Origin: Zootoca vivipara
Lineage: Eukaryota
Assembly (NCBI RefSeq): GCF_963506605.1
Contig: NC_083288.1
Coordinates: 42,532,001 to 42,596,000 of the forward strand
Direction: 5' to 3'
DNA: 64,000 nt
Shown: positions 50,199-63,221 of the stretch, one piece after another
How the letters are laid out: each line of letters starts with the position of its first letter
How positions within the stretch are numbered: position 1 is the stretch's first letter
Translations under genes and position numbers: made by a program
The notes under the pieces: generated by a model
Seen by the model: the letters and a program-made list of their open reading frames with translations, nothing else
The model's database searches: none
What the model was told of the DNA's origin: nothing

Positions 50199-51164
50199 AT
50201 GCAAGACAGAACAGTGCCTGGGAACTACACCATGATCACCCAGGTCTACCTGGTGGGACTCACCAGCCACCGGAGAACACAGATTGCCCTCTTTGTGATT
50301 ATCCTCATTGCCTATCTGATCTCCATGGCGAGCAACCTCCTCATCATCCTGCTGGTCCAAATGGACTTCCGCCTCCATACCCCGATGTACTTCTTCCTCT
50401 CCAACCTCTCACTCTTGGAGATGTGCTTCACCAGCACCGTCGTGCCCCAGATGTTGGCCCACCTGCTCGCCGGGGATGGGAGGCTTTCGTTTGGGCGCTG
50501 TGCCTTTCAGATGTACATGGCCTGCTCTCTGGGTTGCACAGAGGGCCTCTTGCTGGGAGCCATGGCCTACGACCGTTACATGGCGATCTGCTGCCCCCTG
50601 GTGTATGCTGTAGCCATGAGCCCGGCACGTTGTTTGACACTGGCTGCCATCTCTTGGGTAGGAGCCTTCCTTCTCTCTGGGCTCATTACAGCCTTTATCA
50701 TGCAACTCCCTTTCTGCGGCCCCAATGAGATCAACCATTTCAACTGCGAGTTCGTCATGGTGATAAGGCTGGGATGCACCGACACGAGCTTCACAGAGGC
50801 CATCATCTTGGGGGTGGGGGTTTTCATATTAATTGTCCCTCTGGCCACCATCTTGATCTCTTACGGACTCATCATGGCGACTGTCATGCGCATGAGCTCG
50901 GGCGAGAGCCGGAGCAAGGCTTTCTCCACGTGCGCCTCTCACCTGATGGTGGTCACCATGTTTTATGGCTGCCTCATTGGCCTGTACATGAGGCCTCGGT
51001 CAGGGACAGACCCCAGCCATGACAAACACGTCTCCATCTTTTATGTTGTCATCACCCCTCTCCTCAACCCGATCATCTACACGTTGCGGAATAAGGATGT
51101 CCATGCCGCAGTAGCTAAAGTCTTCAGGATAGAGTCGATAAACACAAGGGCAGAGTGGTCTTGA
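50199..51164 (+). CDS. Olfactory receptor (class II), 321 aa
   Basis: N-glycosylation sequon NYT, LHTPMYFFLSNLS, MAYDRYMAIC, KAFSTCASHL, PLLNPIIYTLRNKDV; ATG directly after acceptor TCTGCAG (50196-50197). Confidence 0.95.
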   Translation: MQDRTVPGNYTMITQVYLVGLTSHRRTQIALFVIILIAYLISMASNLLIILLVQMDFRLHTPMYFFLSNLSLLEMCFTSTVVPQMLAHLLAGDGRLSFGRCAFQMYMACSLGCTEGLLLGAMAYDRYMAICCPLVYAVAMSPARCLTLAAISWVGAFLLSGLITAFIMQLPFCGPNEINHFNCEFVMVIRLGCTDTSFTEAIILGVGVFILIVPLATILISYGLIMATVMRMSSGESRSKAFSTCASHLMVVTMFYGCLIGLYMRPRSGTDPSHDKHVSIFYVVITPLLNPIIYTLRNKDVHAAVAKVFRIESINTRAEWS

Positions 51165-51476
51165 GAGGCAGCAAACCGCGGTTCTCCAAACAAATCTATG
51201 ATGTTGAAGGTCACAGACAGGAGAGGGTGGGGGAAATCACCGGAGCTCATAGATTTATAGGACCTCAGAAAATCTGATCTCTTGTTCTCCTACATTTAGC
51301 AATGACAGGATCATTCAAGGACCTGAGGGGAGGAGCAGGGGGTGGGGAGAGTTGCATGAAGAGCTGCCTGCCATTTCGTTTCTGGTGTTCCAACTGAGGT
51401 GGGTCCTTTTATTCCAGACTAGCATCAGAGGGTTTCTTAAGAACTGCCCTGCCTTAAGCAGAGAAAAGAACGGGCA

Positions 51477-51540
51477 AGAAGAAGAAGAAGAAGAAGAAGA
51501 AGAAGAAGAAGAAGAAGAAGAAGAAGAAGAAGAAGAAGAA
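51477..51540. repeat. (GAA)n microsatellite
   Basis: About 21 tandem GAA units. Confidence 0.98.
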
Positions 51541-51613
51541 ATTCCTAGTTGGAATCATGTCTTTACCATCATATTATATAATTGTTATTTATTCTCTCTC
51601 TCTTTGAAATGTA

Positions 51614-51856
51614 CAGTGGTACCTCTACTTACGAATAACTCTACTTACGAATTTTCCTACTTATGAACAGAGCTCCGTCCGCCATCTTGGATGTGGTTTA
51701 GATAGGATTTTTTCTACTTACGAATTTTTAGATAGGGTTGCTTCTACTTACGAATTTTTTCTCCCAATGCATTCCTATGGGATTCGACTTACAATTCTTT
51801 TCAACTTACAAATATGCGTTTGGAACGCATTAAATTCGTAAGTAGAGGTACCACTG
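51614..51856. mobile_element. Tc1/mariner-type MITE
   Basis: Perfect TIR CAGTGGTACCTCTACTTACGA, TA TSD. Confidence 0.88.
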
Positions 51857-53356
51857 TAATGTGTTTTGTGATGTTTGCCTGAAACACAGGTATCTACACC
51901 AAACTTTAGAATGCACCTGGTACCGGCTGCAGGCCAGATCAGTGTTTGGCAAGCTATGCTCCTTTGTTGCTGGAAAGTACTCCCAGTTTTGCTAAATTAA
52001 CCTCTTGAGACCTTGAGACCCAAGGCGATGAAGTAACTAGCAACAGACTGATAATGATCCAGAGGGAAACTCCGAAGAGATGAAAGCAATCCCTATGGAG
52101 TGCATCCACACTCTTCGTTGTCTTACTGACCCTCAGAGCTTTGGCAAGTTATAGGGGGAGAAAGCAAAACCCAATCTGTTGTTTATCTTCTTTTGATAGG
52201 AATAGGCAAGAATAGTTGCTTTGAAAGCTTTATAGATTGCTTGGTAGAGCTTATGTCAAGGTGGTTGAGGAACCAGCTCTTAGTGTTAGTGTACTAGCAT
52301 TGCACGCAAAATATCTCCAATATCTATAGTTAAAGGACCACCATGAACAAACATGGAAGGGCATCTATGTGAGCATCCAGAAAGCAAGATCCATAGAGCT
52401 AGACACAATGGGCTTTTTAACTAAGAGTAAACTCAGGGCTTTTTTCCAGCCAGAACTCACCGGAACTCAGTTCTGGCACCTCTCAGGTGGGCGCCATTGC
52501 CATGATAAGAGAACAATTTTCTAGAAAAATAGCACTGAGTAAACTAGCTCCCATCCCTATACTATACTAGCATCCAGAGACTTCACTGGAAGAGGTCAGG
52601 CACCATAATTTCCATTCAAACTCTTCCTAATTGAGACTATAATGAGACTATAATGGGCAAAAATAACCAGCTAAGATGTCCATTTCTAACCAATACTACA
52701 ATGGCTCATTGTGTCTGTGCCCATGCAAAGTCTACAAACAGTTCTGGATGATATTCGGACCTGGACATTTCACAGCTTGGAAAAGCTACATGGTTCCAGA
52801 TTTCACCTTCAAGGAAGAAGCCATTAGACATTTGACTATGAAGACCCTGCTTTGGTTGCAGCACTTTCCTAAACAGTGTAGAGAAACATTCCATCAACTG
52901 CCCTCATTTGAAATTCAGGTTTTCTCCTGAAGTCACTGACAGTCTCTAGGAACCTTCTGTATAATTTCCCAACATTTTGCCTTAACTAATCCAACTCTTG
53001 ATGCACACCTTCCTATAAGGCAGTGCCATGCAGAATACGCTCTCCGTCAAGCAGGAACATTTTGGAGAGGCACAAAGGTAAGATGATATTCTGTAATAAT
53101 AACCCACCCAATCTGCACTTCGAAAAAACCAATTTCCTTCAAAATTCGTAGTTCTCTGAATTCTGTTCATCCTCACCTTCCAGTCACTGACACTGTGGAC
53201 ATTTGCTATTTTGAAAAGTTACCGATTTTAATGCATTTGGTCAGATGTGGAGAATATCAGCAATTCTGCCTCTTCCCTTTTAATTTGTTTTTAGTTCCTT
53301 GTCTGATGTATCTAATCCTCCCCAGGGAAGCTTAGGGAAGAATAGTTCTGTTGGTC

Positions 53357-53401
<45 letters not shown>

Positions 53402-54787
53402 TTATTATTTATACCCCGCCCATCTGGCCGGGTCCCCCCGCCACTCTGGGCAGCTTCCAACACACATTGAAATACATTAAAATATCACAGATTAAAAACT
53501 TCCCTAAACAGGGCTGCCTTTAGGTATTTTCTAAATGTCAGGTAGTTGTTTATTTCTCTGACCTCTGATGGGAGGGCATTCTACAGCAGGGATGGAGTAC
53601 CTTTGACCCTTGTTATTGAATTTCAAAGTCCATCAGCCTCAATATGCATGGTCAATGGCTAAGGAAGAAGGAAGTTGTAGTTCAGCAAGGTCTGGAGGAC
53701 CAAACACCTGGTCTACAGTAAAACCTGGCTGTACTACACAGTGCTGATTGTGATGTGGGAGAGTGTGGAGAAGAGAGAAGAGAAGCTCCTATTGGCATAA
53801 CTGTAATGTTTAGTTTCAGTGTAGATCTTAAATATATATATCGTGTAGCTAAACCTGCTTCGTATCCTGTCCAAGTTGACAGGTTGCCTCACTGGGTGTT
53901 GTTTTTTTAAGGCAATATTTTATTCTATAGATTTCAGGTCTTCTGACATGTCCCTCAGCACCTCTTTTCAACCCAGCCATTGTCACCTTCTCTGGTGGGT
54001 TAAATCCTTATTTCTCATGCTGTGCACACACCTGTCCCTTCAATAGTTGCTATGAACAGGAAGTCCTGTTAGGTTCTTTTCCTTTTTGCTCAGAACATTT
54101 GCTCCTGAGACGCTTCTGGAGAGACAATGCCAAAATTGGTTTAAATGGCTTCCTACCACAGCTTAGAAACCTGGGCAAAACTATTGCAGATATTAATACT
54201 GTGCAGTTTGAAATGACTGGGTGCATAAAAAACTGGCTTTTTTGGAATGAAACATTGTCCAGACCCATTAAAACATTATTCAAAGTTTACTTGCAGAACA
54301 TTCTTCAAAAACAGAACAAAAGCATAAACGATATGTCCACAGTATCCATACAATACCTTGTGCTGTCGAGCACAGGCTCAGCATCTTAGAAATTAAACAA
54401 ACTTATAATCAAAGCCGACAAACATAGCTCTGTTTCTCACACACAGGCTTCATGGCCTGCATTCCAGCCCCCAAGACTGTATGCCCCTGGAGAGCACAGA
54501 ATCCAGCCACCACCCTTCCAAGATGGTGAACTGGCAACTCAATAGCCTCATCACATGATCAAAGGTTGCATTCAGTTTAGAGAACAACCAAAGGTTGGTT
54601 AATTATCAACCCATTATGAAATTCAGAGACCACTTAGAAAACTACTGTGGAAAAACCACAATGTTAGCAATATACATTTCACCATTCTCCATGTTAAACC
54701 TTTGTTTACACACATAGGCATTCCCATTTCAGCATCAGTTAAACAACTATACTTAACAACAGCAACCAGAAATAGCCCCGTTTGTCA

Positions 54788-55590
54788 GAAGATGAGGAAG
54801 ATGCATGGAATATTGCTCCGCCAGTGAGAGGGGGGGAACAGAACATATGTCTGATCCAAGGAGTCTCCAAAGAAGAACCAGCATGGAATAATGTCCTCCC
54901 AGTGAGAGAGGGAGGGCAGGATCCATGCTGGGGCCAGAACTTAATGGGGGGGGGGATTGAGATAGGGCTGGAAAGTGGAAATATAACTACAGTACTACAG
55001 TATTTAGAGAATTGGGGAGGCAGCAGGGGATGATCAAAGAAGAATGGGGGGTAGGCTGGGACAGGGTGGGCGTGGGGTGAGGGGTAATAATGGATGGAAA
55101 TTTTTGATTTATCTAAAATGGTCCGAAACTGGAACTACTTATGGAACTCGCTGAAGTATCTGGGAGACCCTGAGTCCAGGGGAAGCGGGGCTGAAATAGT
55201 TTTAAGTGTTTAAATGTTAGGATGATAGAAGAATTAATATTTAAATTTATGGAAAATTATTGGGAATAAATTTTAGGCTAAGGGGAGAAATAGAAGATAG
55301 AAGGACGGGAAAATAAATTTTGATTTGGATAAATTGATTAATTATTGGTGAAGAATAGATGATGCTTTTAGAATAGAATATTTGAGTGAGAATGATAAAA
55401 TGTGTTGGAATGATTTAAGATATAAAATGGAAATTGCTTAATTGGAATTTTAAAATGGACCCAGTGAGGGGGGAATCGAGGAAGTCAACAATGTTAAGTA
55501 AACAATGCAATAATTGATATTTTTTTAATGGTTTTGTTTTTGTTTTTGTGATTTTGTAATATTGGAAAATGAATAAAAATTATTTGAAAA
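54788..55590 (+). mobile_element. Non-LTR retroposed insertion (L1-like 3' portion)
   Basis: 20-bp TSD AGAAATAGCCCCGTTTGTCA at 54768-54787 and 55591-55610; AATAAA and short A tail at the 3' end. Confidence 0.75.
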
Positions 55591-56012
55591 AGAAATAGCC
55601 CCGTTTGTCACAGGGTCTCTTGCTGCTGGAGGTTCCCCAACCCTGGTTTAAGCATTGCATATTAATGAAGTAAAAGTGGCAAAGGCAGTTTCCTTGCCAT
55701 TTTCTGCTTCTTGGTTTGTAAGGTGAGAAGCAGATGGAGCTGTTGCCTTTCTCTAGCCGGGGCTTGTATGGCCTGCAGGCACACTAGACCACTACCTTGC
55801 TGAAGCCAAGAAGGTCTGGGTCAGGCCTGTGCCTGGATGAGTGATCACATGGGAACCATGTTCCATCACCTTGGGCTGCATGATGGAAGAAAGGCAGGTT
55901 ATAAATGGGACAATGGAAAGAAGCAGGGCTTATGTGCTTTGAGAGAAAACCTTCCAGAAGTTGTAGTTCCAGACAGCCTAGCAAATGGTCTGGGGGGTTG
56001 GGAGTTGTAATC

Positions 56013-57241
56013 TATTTTTTATTAATTTTCCAATTAAAACACGATTATATCACATTCATTATTTCGAATTATACAAATACATATCAATTAAACCGAATAT
56101 TATGCCAAATCATATAATATTTTCTGGAGTTCCCATGCTTCAAAAATTTGGGGATTCCTCGCACCCGTCTACTGCCGTCTTTTTCTAAAGTCCAAATCTT
56201 CTCTCAAAATCCAAAATAAGCCCGATCATTCCCCACCAGTCACTAAAATATTTTCTTCATTCATCCGATTTTTCCACAGCTGCTGAAATAAGTATCAAAC
56301 GAGAGTTCACATATATTCTTTCTCCTGTGTGAGTTTTAATCGTCCTGCCCCCCCATATATCTTCTGTCTGGAATGTCCTGTTGCGCCAGCCTTTCAACAC
56401 GGAGCAGCGCCATCTTAAAAAGCTTAGATCACTTTCGTTTTCTTAAGCTTTTTATTTTTTAAACCACCGATCTTTGTAAAATTTACAGCTTTTTCAGGCA
56501 AAGAAACAGCAGTCACTTTATGCATAGACTCTTGATAAGTTTGTAGCTCTCCTTGCCCTGTAGCTGAACTTAGCTTCAGATCGCTGTTCAAATTCAAAGT
56601 GCGTCACAACCATAAATCCACTGAGCGCATTCCAGGGACTCCGACCATCCAGTTAAAGGGGGGCTTCTCTCTTCAGTAGTTTTCCAACTTCAAAGGATAT
56701 GCTCAATAAAATAGTTTATAAAGTTCATTACTCACTCAGGTATTCTTTATCTCTCATTTGTTCCAAACAAACAAGGACGTCCCGTCCGGGAAGGTATGGA
56801 GTAACTCGTAGAGTATATGAAAAAAATAAAAAAGTTCGCTTCCCTTCTCGTTACGTCCCCATCAATCTTTCTTCCAGATAACATACAGCTTTGACTTCTC
56901 ACCCTCAGCAGCACAAATTCCTTGGCAGTAAACAGAGCTTCTTCCCCTCCTTCCGAAGCATGTCCATGAATACGCCTAATTATCTTCTTTAATCATGGAG
57001 ATCCCGCCATGCAGGTTAGCGCCCGGGAGTGCCGACATTTCATGAGTGCTCTCAGCCCAAGCCCCTCCCCACTCCTTAATCGGAGTGGGTTTGGGGGCAT
57101 CGCGGGCCCGCGGCCCCTCTCCGTAACCCCCGGAGAGGTAGGGGGGTTGCCTTTAACTCCCCTGGCAACCGCCGAATTCCTCATGAAGGTCGGAGAGATG
57201 GAACAAGGGTCAGCCATTCCTGCAGGCGGAAGCGGAACTCC
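56013..57241 (-). mobile_element. Non-autonomous L1-like retroposon with GC-rich 5' end
   Basis: T-rich tail at left, CpG-rich right end, flanking duplication TGGGAGTTGTA (55999-56009, 57242-57252). Confidence 0.55.
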
Positions 57242-57418
57242 TGGGAGTTGTAGTCCATCAGTATCTTGCCGCTGAGATGATTATGCAAAGTGGATTGGTT
57301 TGGGATTTGTTCTAGTGTTGCAGGAAGTGAAACATCATCTGTTTTTAAGGTTGTCCCATTCCCAGAGAACATCACTGGTTACTCAACGTTGCCCTTTCTC
57401 TTCAGGCAGGAGACCAGG

Positions 57419-58363
57419 ATGGGGTCAGCGAACCTCACCACTGTCACAGAGTTCATCTTGGTGGGACTCACCAGTCACCGCAAGACACAGATTCTACTCT
57501 TTGTGGTCATCCTCATCATCTACTCCCTCACCATTATGGGGAACCTGGTGATCATTATGCTTGTGTGGGCCGACTCTTCCCTCCACACGCCCATGTACTT
57601 CTTCCTGACAAACCTTTCGGGCCTGGAGATCTGTTACGTCACCAGCACCTTGCCTCAGATGTTAGCTCACCTCCTTTCTGGCAATGGGGCCATCCCCTTT
57701 GCCCATTGTGCTATCCAGATGTACATTGCATTGGGCATGGGCGGCACGGAATGCCTTCTCTTGGCTGCCATGGCCTATGACCGCTACCTTGCCATCTGCC
57801 ACCCCCTGCTGTATACTACTGCCATGGGTAGGTGGCGTCAATTGCAGCTTGCCTTAGTCTGCTGGATGGGTGGCTTCCTCCTGGGTTCGATAAACGTGGC
57901 CTGCACCTTCAGACTCCCCTTTTGTGGTCCAAACCGCATCAACCACTTCTTCTGTGAGATGCCCGTGGTGCTGAAACTTGCATGCGCTGACACGCACATC
58001 ACACAAGCCATTCTTTTTGTTGCATCTGTGCTGGCCCTGCTAATTCCTGTTTCTGTTATCCTGACGTCTTACGGACTCATTCTCTCCTCAGTGTTACGAA
58101 TGCGGTCAACTGCCCGACAGCACAAGGCCTTCTCCACCTGCGCCTCTCACCTGGTGGTGGTCACCTTGTTCTATGGCACTGTCATGTCTATGTACATGAT
58201 CCCCCAGTCAGGGTCAGCTCCTGACCGGGACAAGCAAATTGCAGTCTTTTATGTTGTGGTAACTCCCTTGCTCAACCCCATCATTTATACTCTGCGGAAT
58301 AAGGACGTTCACGGGGCAGCGGCCAAGGTGCTGGGAAGATGGAGCTTTCAGCAGCGAAACTGA
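57419..58363 (+). CDS. Olfactory receptor (class II), 314 aa
   Basis: MGSANLTTVTEFILVGL, LHTPMYFFLTNLS, MAYDRYLAICHPL, KAFSTCASHL, PLLNPIIYTLRNKDV; acceptor TCTTCAG at 57404-57405. Confidence 0.96.
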   Translation: MGSANLTTVTEFILVGLTSHRKTQILLFVVILIIYSLTIMGNLVIIMLVWADSSLHTPMYFFLTNLSGLEICYVTSTLPQMLAHLLSGNGAIPFAHCAIQMYIALGMGGTECLLLAAMAYDRYLAICHPLLYTTAMGRWRQLQLALVCWMGGFLLGSINVACTFRLPFCGPNRINHFFCEMPVVLKLACADTHITQAILFVASVLALLIPVSVILTSYGLILSSVLRMRSTARQHKAFSTCASHLVVVTLFYGTVMSMYMIPQSGSAPDRDKQIAVFYVVVTPLLNPIIYTLRNKDVHGAAAKVLGRWSFQQRN

Positions 58364-59687
58364 ATGTTGCCTGTGATGTGAATGGGATGGTGTGAGGGAT
58401 TCCCAGATTCCCACCCCCTCACTGCTTTAACAACAGAGGCTCTCCCTGTGCTTCCTTACAAACGGGAGAAAACCTCCAGTGTCCAAATTGGACTTACCTC
58501 CAGGGTACCTCAGGCGCTGCGTTCGAAACCTATTGCCACCAGTGGGGTCTCCCTCCCATGGATCCCTACTGCTACAATGTGCCTCTCCCTTAGGCAACTA
58601 TGTGGCTCCTTTGCCTTCGCTAACAAGCCCTTTGTATGACAGGAGAAAAAGCAAACAGTTTCCTCTTCCACAGGAATGCTTTGTTCTCGCCTCTTTGTCA
58701 CACCTCTGAAGGTACTGAGACACTGGGTTAGGCACATTCAACTTTATTATTTAACTTGAAAACATGGATTTCTCTGGGTCTTAACAGCGCATATCTTCTT
58801 TTCATATAACACAGACTTGTTAATACATCTCCTGCATCCCTCTCTAACACTCTACCCGAACTGCCAACCCCCAACTGCCTCCATTTAGAACGCTGTATAG
58901 CTCCGCCTCCCAGGGAACACCTGCCTATCATGGGAGTGATATATTAACCCATGATGAACCGGAATCATCATCAGGCACTATTCCTCCACAGATGGCTCAA
59001 GTGTTGGTCTTCACCACATAGTTACACAAAGAGGTGGCAGATATTTCTCCCTCCCCACCCCCTAAGCAGTGGTTAGACCTTTCTTAACATCTCACATTGA
59101 TTTTAAAGGATTGAATTGAATTAGCTCCTCCAAATTTTGAGTGGCCCATATACCTTATGGGTACTTCTGTCCATGGAATTTGATTATTTCTTCTCCAGTG
59201 ATGTGAACAATTCATATATCTAGATATGTTATGGGAATTCTCTATGGAAATTCCACTCCACCTCATTATGTCCTTTTGATTATTATTATTCTAGTATGTG
59301 GTATCAAATCCATTCTGATTGTTGTAATTTTATTTTATAACCCTCAAATTTGGCAAAATAATTTAAGTAAATTTAAAGCAAGTTCAAATGGCTTATCAGG
59401 ATCCTTTAGTATTAATACATCGATTTCACATACACTTCCACCCCTAGAGTTTTCTGTTCTTTTCTAATTGCTTCTGCAGGTGGATTTGGTGAGAAGCCAT
59501 GGGAATCCTTGCTTTGTGCCTCCCAGACATTGCTCCAACTCAGAATTGTAGAATTGCGGAGTTGGGAGGGTCACAAAAGGCTCATCTAGTCCAAACACCT
59601 GCAATGCAGGAATTATAGTTAAAGAATGGCCATCCAACCTATGTCTGCAAACCCCCAATGAAGGTCCACAACCTTACTTCTCTGATA

Positions 59688-59972
59688 AAGTTGCGGCGCT
59701 CATCTCGTTTTACTGGCCGAGGGACCCAGTTTTTCTGGGTTATGTGGCTGCTTCTGGCGAAACCAGAGCAGCACACGGAAACGCTGTTTACCTTCCCGCT
59801 AGAGAGGTACCTATTTATCTACTTGTACTTTGATGTGCTGTCAAAATGCTAGGTTGGCAGGAGCTGGGACCAAACAACGGGAGCTCACCCCGTCGTGGGG
59901 ATTTGAACCGCCGACCTTCTGATCAGCAAGCCCAAGGCTCAGTGGTTTAGACCACAGTGCCACCCTCGCCCC
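59688..59972 (-). mobile_element. Sauria-type SINE, tail-truncated
   Basis: Same body; flanking TACTTCTCTGATA duplication. Confidence 0.8.
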
Positions 59973-61354
59973 CTACTTCTCTGATACTACCTTATTAATG
60001 CAGATTGTAGCAGTTGGATCAGAATAAATCAGCTTAATCCACAAGATTAAGAACTGAAGAATTCAGAACACTTACACTATCAGCATTCTAAGCTGTGGAA
60101 CAAGGTGAAGACCTTTGGACTCCAACATGTAGCAGCTGGTGGGACCAGGCAATGGGGAGCGACCAGGGGGGGGGCAGGATCAGCCAATAAAGAAATACCA
60201 AATTTCATAAATAAATACCAAAATTAATCTTCCCCCATTCTTCACTGTCATCAATAAACTGTTGGCTATGAAAAGCTATAGCTTCTGCTCTGTATCAGAA
60301 GTCCCAGGTTCAATCCCATATATTTTCAGCTGTGTCTGGGACTGCCCTTATTCTGAAATTCTGGAGAGCTGCTGTCGCTCAGTGTAGACAGTATTGACCT
60401 AGATGGACCACTGGTCTAACTCACTCTAAGACAGGTCCCCATGTTCCTATGAGAATACATTGCATCATAAAAGCTAAGTAAAAGGTAAAACCTATGGATG
60501 GGCATTCAGATATACCTAGTTTGCATGCATTCAATAATAGAATGAGGAATGTGTTTTGTTTTGTTTTTTAGATTAGAATGCATAGAACTCTATGTTGAAT
60601 CCAGCATGGATTTATCTTTCCATATTCCTATGCTAAGAGCTTGAATCCCCACGAGGTTCAGGAAATAAACAACTATTAATGGTTCAGAGAAAGGCACCAA
60701 GGGAGTCCTTGTGGAGTAGTTGATTCATCTTAATGAATCTCAAGCAACAGAAAAACAATGCAAAAAATCTCAGAGACAATAAAAACGATGCTATGCTGTC
60801 TAGCTTTTAATGTTGGAATTAGGCAGGCAGCTGGGCAAACCCGGTTGTGTTGAACCTCACCTTAGAAGGCATTGAAACTTGGTTGGAGAGTCATCCACAA
60901 TCTGGTAAAGCAAGCAAGACTCTGGTATCTCCCTGGTATCTCCAGTTAAAGGATCCCATTTCATAGGACAGGGAAGGACAACCGCCCACTGTCCTGCCAA
61001 CATACATACAGCTTTCTCTTCAGGATGGGAGGCAGGGAGAAGATGCATTTTCCTGTTTGAGATGAATCTAGATGTTCACAGCACTGATTGTTTGGACCTT
61101 GTATCAGTCATAGATCAACCTGCCCCACTTGCTCAGAACAGGGAGGCACAGCGCTGATTAGTTGGGCCATGTGTTGACCAGGACTCAGGTTTCCTCCCCA
61201 ACCAATTCGATTCTTTAAAAGTGGGAGAAATCTTTAACAAGCAAACACTAAATAAGGCCAGAAGATTGCATGTGTGTGTGAGAGAGCAAGAGAGTGAGAA
61301 AATCCTGTGGCCCAGCAGGAAAGCCAGTTGGAGAGGGGAAACAGCTTTAACTTG

Positions 61355-61444
61355 GTATCTGAAGAAGTGTGCATGCACATGAAAGCTCATACCAATGACA
61401 AACTTAGTTGGTCTCTGAGGTGCTGCTGGAAGGAATTTTTGTTT
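61355..61444 (+). mobile_element. Penelope pLTR remnant with a hammerhead motif (61355-61392)
   Basis: GTATCTGAAGAAGTGTGCATGCACATGAAAGCTCATAC followed by the same pLTR tail as 39840-39890. Confidence 0.75.
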
Positions 61445-61889
61445 GGGAACCAATTGTCAGCATAGGAGCAAAAGCAGGAAGCAGCAGATTTTGGCAGAAG
61501 TCAAGAATGCACACAGCGGCTTCTGTTCTTTTTCAGCCTGTACCTTGCATTACCTAGGAAAATCTGCCGCCTCCTTGTTCAGAATTCTGGGAGGAAGTAA
61601 ACTGGGAGCAAGGCATTAGATTACTTAGTACCCTGCAGCAAGCAGTTTTTCAAAGCAGCTCTTCCTCAGTAGAATCCCCTCAGGGAGAGGTGGAGCAGGT
61701 TTTTTCTTGAGATCACTGAAAGTTCAACGTCTTGCATTAGAAAGCTATAATTCACAGTTGCACAAGCATGAAAAACTCCTTTGAGGTTGGTGAAGAGCAA
61801 CAAAAGCAAGTGCAGAGGTAAGATCATATTCTTCAACTTGGAATTGGGATTTTGCCCGTGTGTGAATGTTGTGTCTGTCTGTCTATCTA

Positions 61890-62304
61890 CAGTGGTACCT
61901 CGGTTTATGAACACAATTGGTTCCGGAAGTCTGTTCATAAACTGAAGCGTTCATAAACTGAAGCGAACTTTCCCATTGAAAGTAATGGAAAGTGGATTAA
62001 TCCGTTCCAGATGGTCCGTGGGGTACTTAAACTGAAGCGTTCATAAACTGAAGCGAACTTTCCCATTGAAAGTAATGGAAAGTGGATTAATCCGTTCCAG
62101 ATGGGTCCGTGGAGTACTTAAACTGAAGCGTTCATAAACTGAAGCATGAGTGTAATTGGTTCTGGAAGTCTGTTCATAAACTGAAGCGTTCATAAACTGA
62201 AGCGAACTTTCCCATTGAAAGTAATGGGAAATGAAGTAATCCGTTCCAGATGGGTCCACGGTGTTCATAAACCGAAAATTCATAAACCGAGGTGTTCATA
62301 AACC
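61890..62304. mobile_element. Tc1/mariner-type MITE running into an assembly gap (62305-62434)
   Basis: Near-identical to 36990-37432. Confidence 0.8.
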
Positions 62305-63221
62305 NNNNNNNNNNNNNNNNNNNNNNNNNNNNNNNNNNNNNNNNNNNNNNNNNNNNNNNNNNNNNNNNNNNNNNNNNNNNNNNNNNNNNNNNNNNNNNNN
62401 NNNNNNNNNNNNNNNNNNNNNNNNNNNNNNNNNNATAACTAAAATTAAAATGAATGTGTGTCAATGTATGATAAATAATAAAATGTGAGAACAGAAAAAC
62501 ACACACCACACAATAAAAATTTGGTTAGAAATCTGGAAAAAGAAAGCAGCACTACTAGCTTTAAGGAAGTAAGTAATGATCCATACCTCTCAAAATCACT
62601 CTTTGGCCTCGGTCATATTTGATCCATAATTTGATAAAAAGAAAATGGTCACAGTCAGGAATTGACAAAGTTGTCTATTGAACTGATGACACCCAAGTAA
62701 AGAGGGTTGACTGTATGAGGTGAAAAATTACAGATATAAGACCTGTGTAACCATGCTTTATTTATCTTAACCCTGATTGCACATTATGGGTGAAATTCAA
62801 TTAACTTTTATTCTGAGTACCTATATTGATATTAATGAACATGGCCAAGTTAGGCTCATGGGTCTCCATAGGTAAACTGTGAGTCAACAAAAAACTAAAA
62901 CAGCACCAATGTTTGGCTGTTAACTCTAATGTGAACTCATGATTTAGACTATATTTATAAACCAAGGTTTGCATGAACCTGGTTTAAGCATTGCATGTGA
63001 ATTGGTTGACACAATTTTATTGCCTTGGAAGGTGACAAGCAGATGGAGCATGCGTCACCCAATTCATGCCTTGTAGAAAGTTTTGTGTCTGTTTGAAATG
63101 AGATAATTATGCACACGCAGCGTTGGATTGGTTGGTTTGGGCATGAACTGACGTCGTGATGTGTAACACATGGCTTGCCTTAGATTCAGTGTTGCCCTTT
63201 CTCCGCAGGGAAGAGTTTAGG

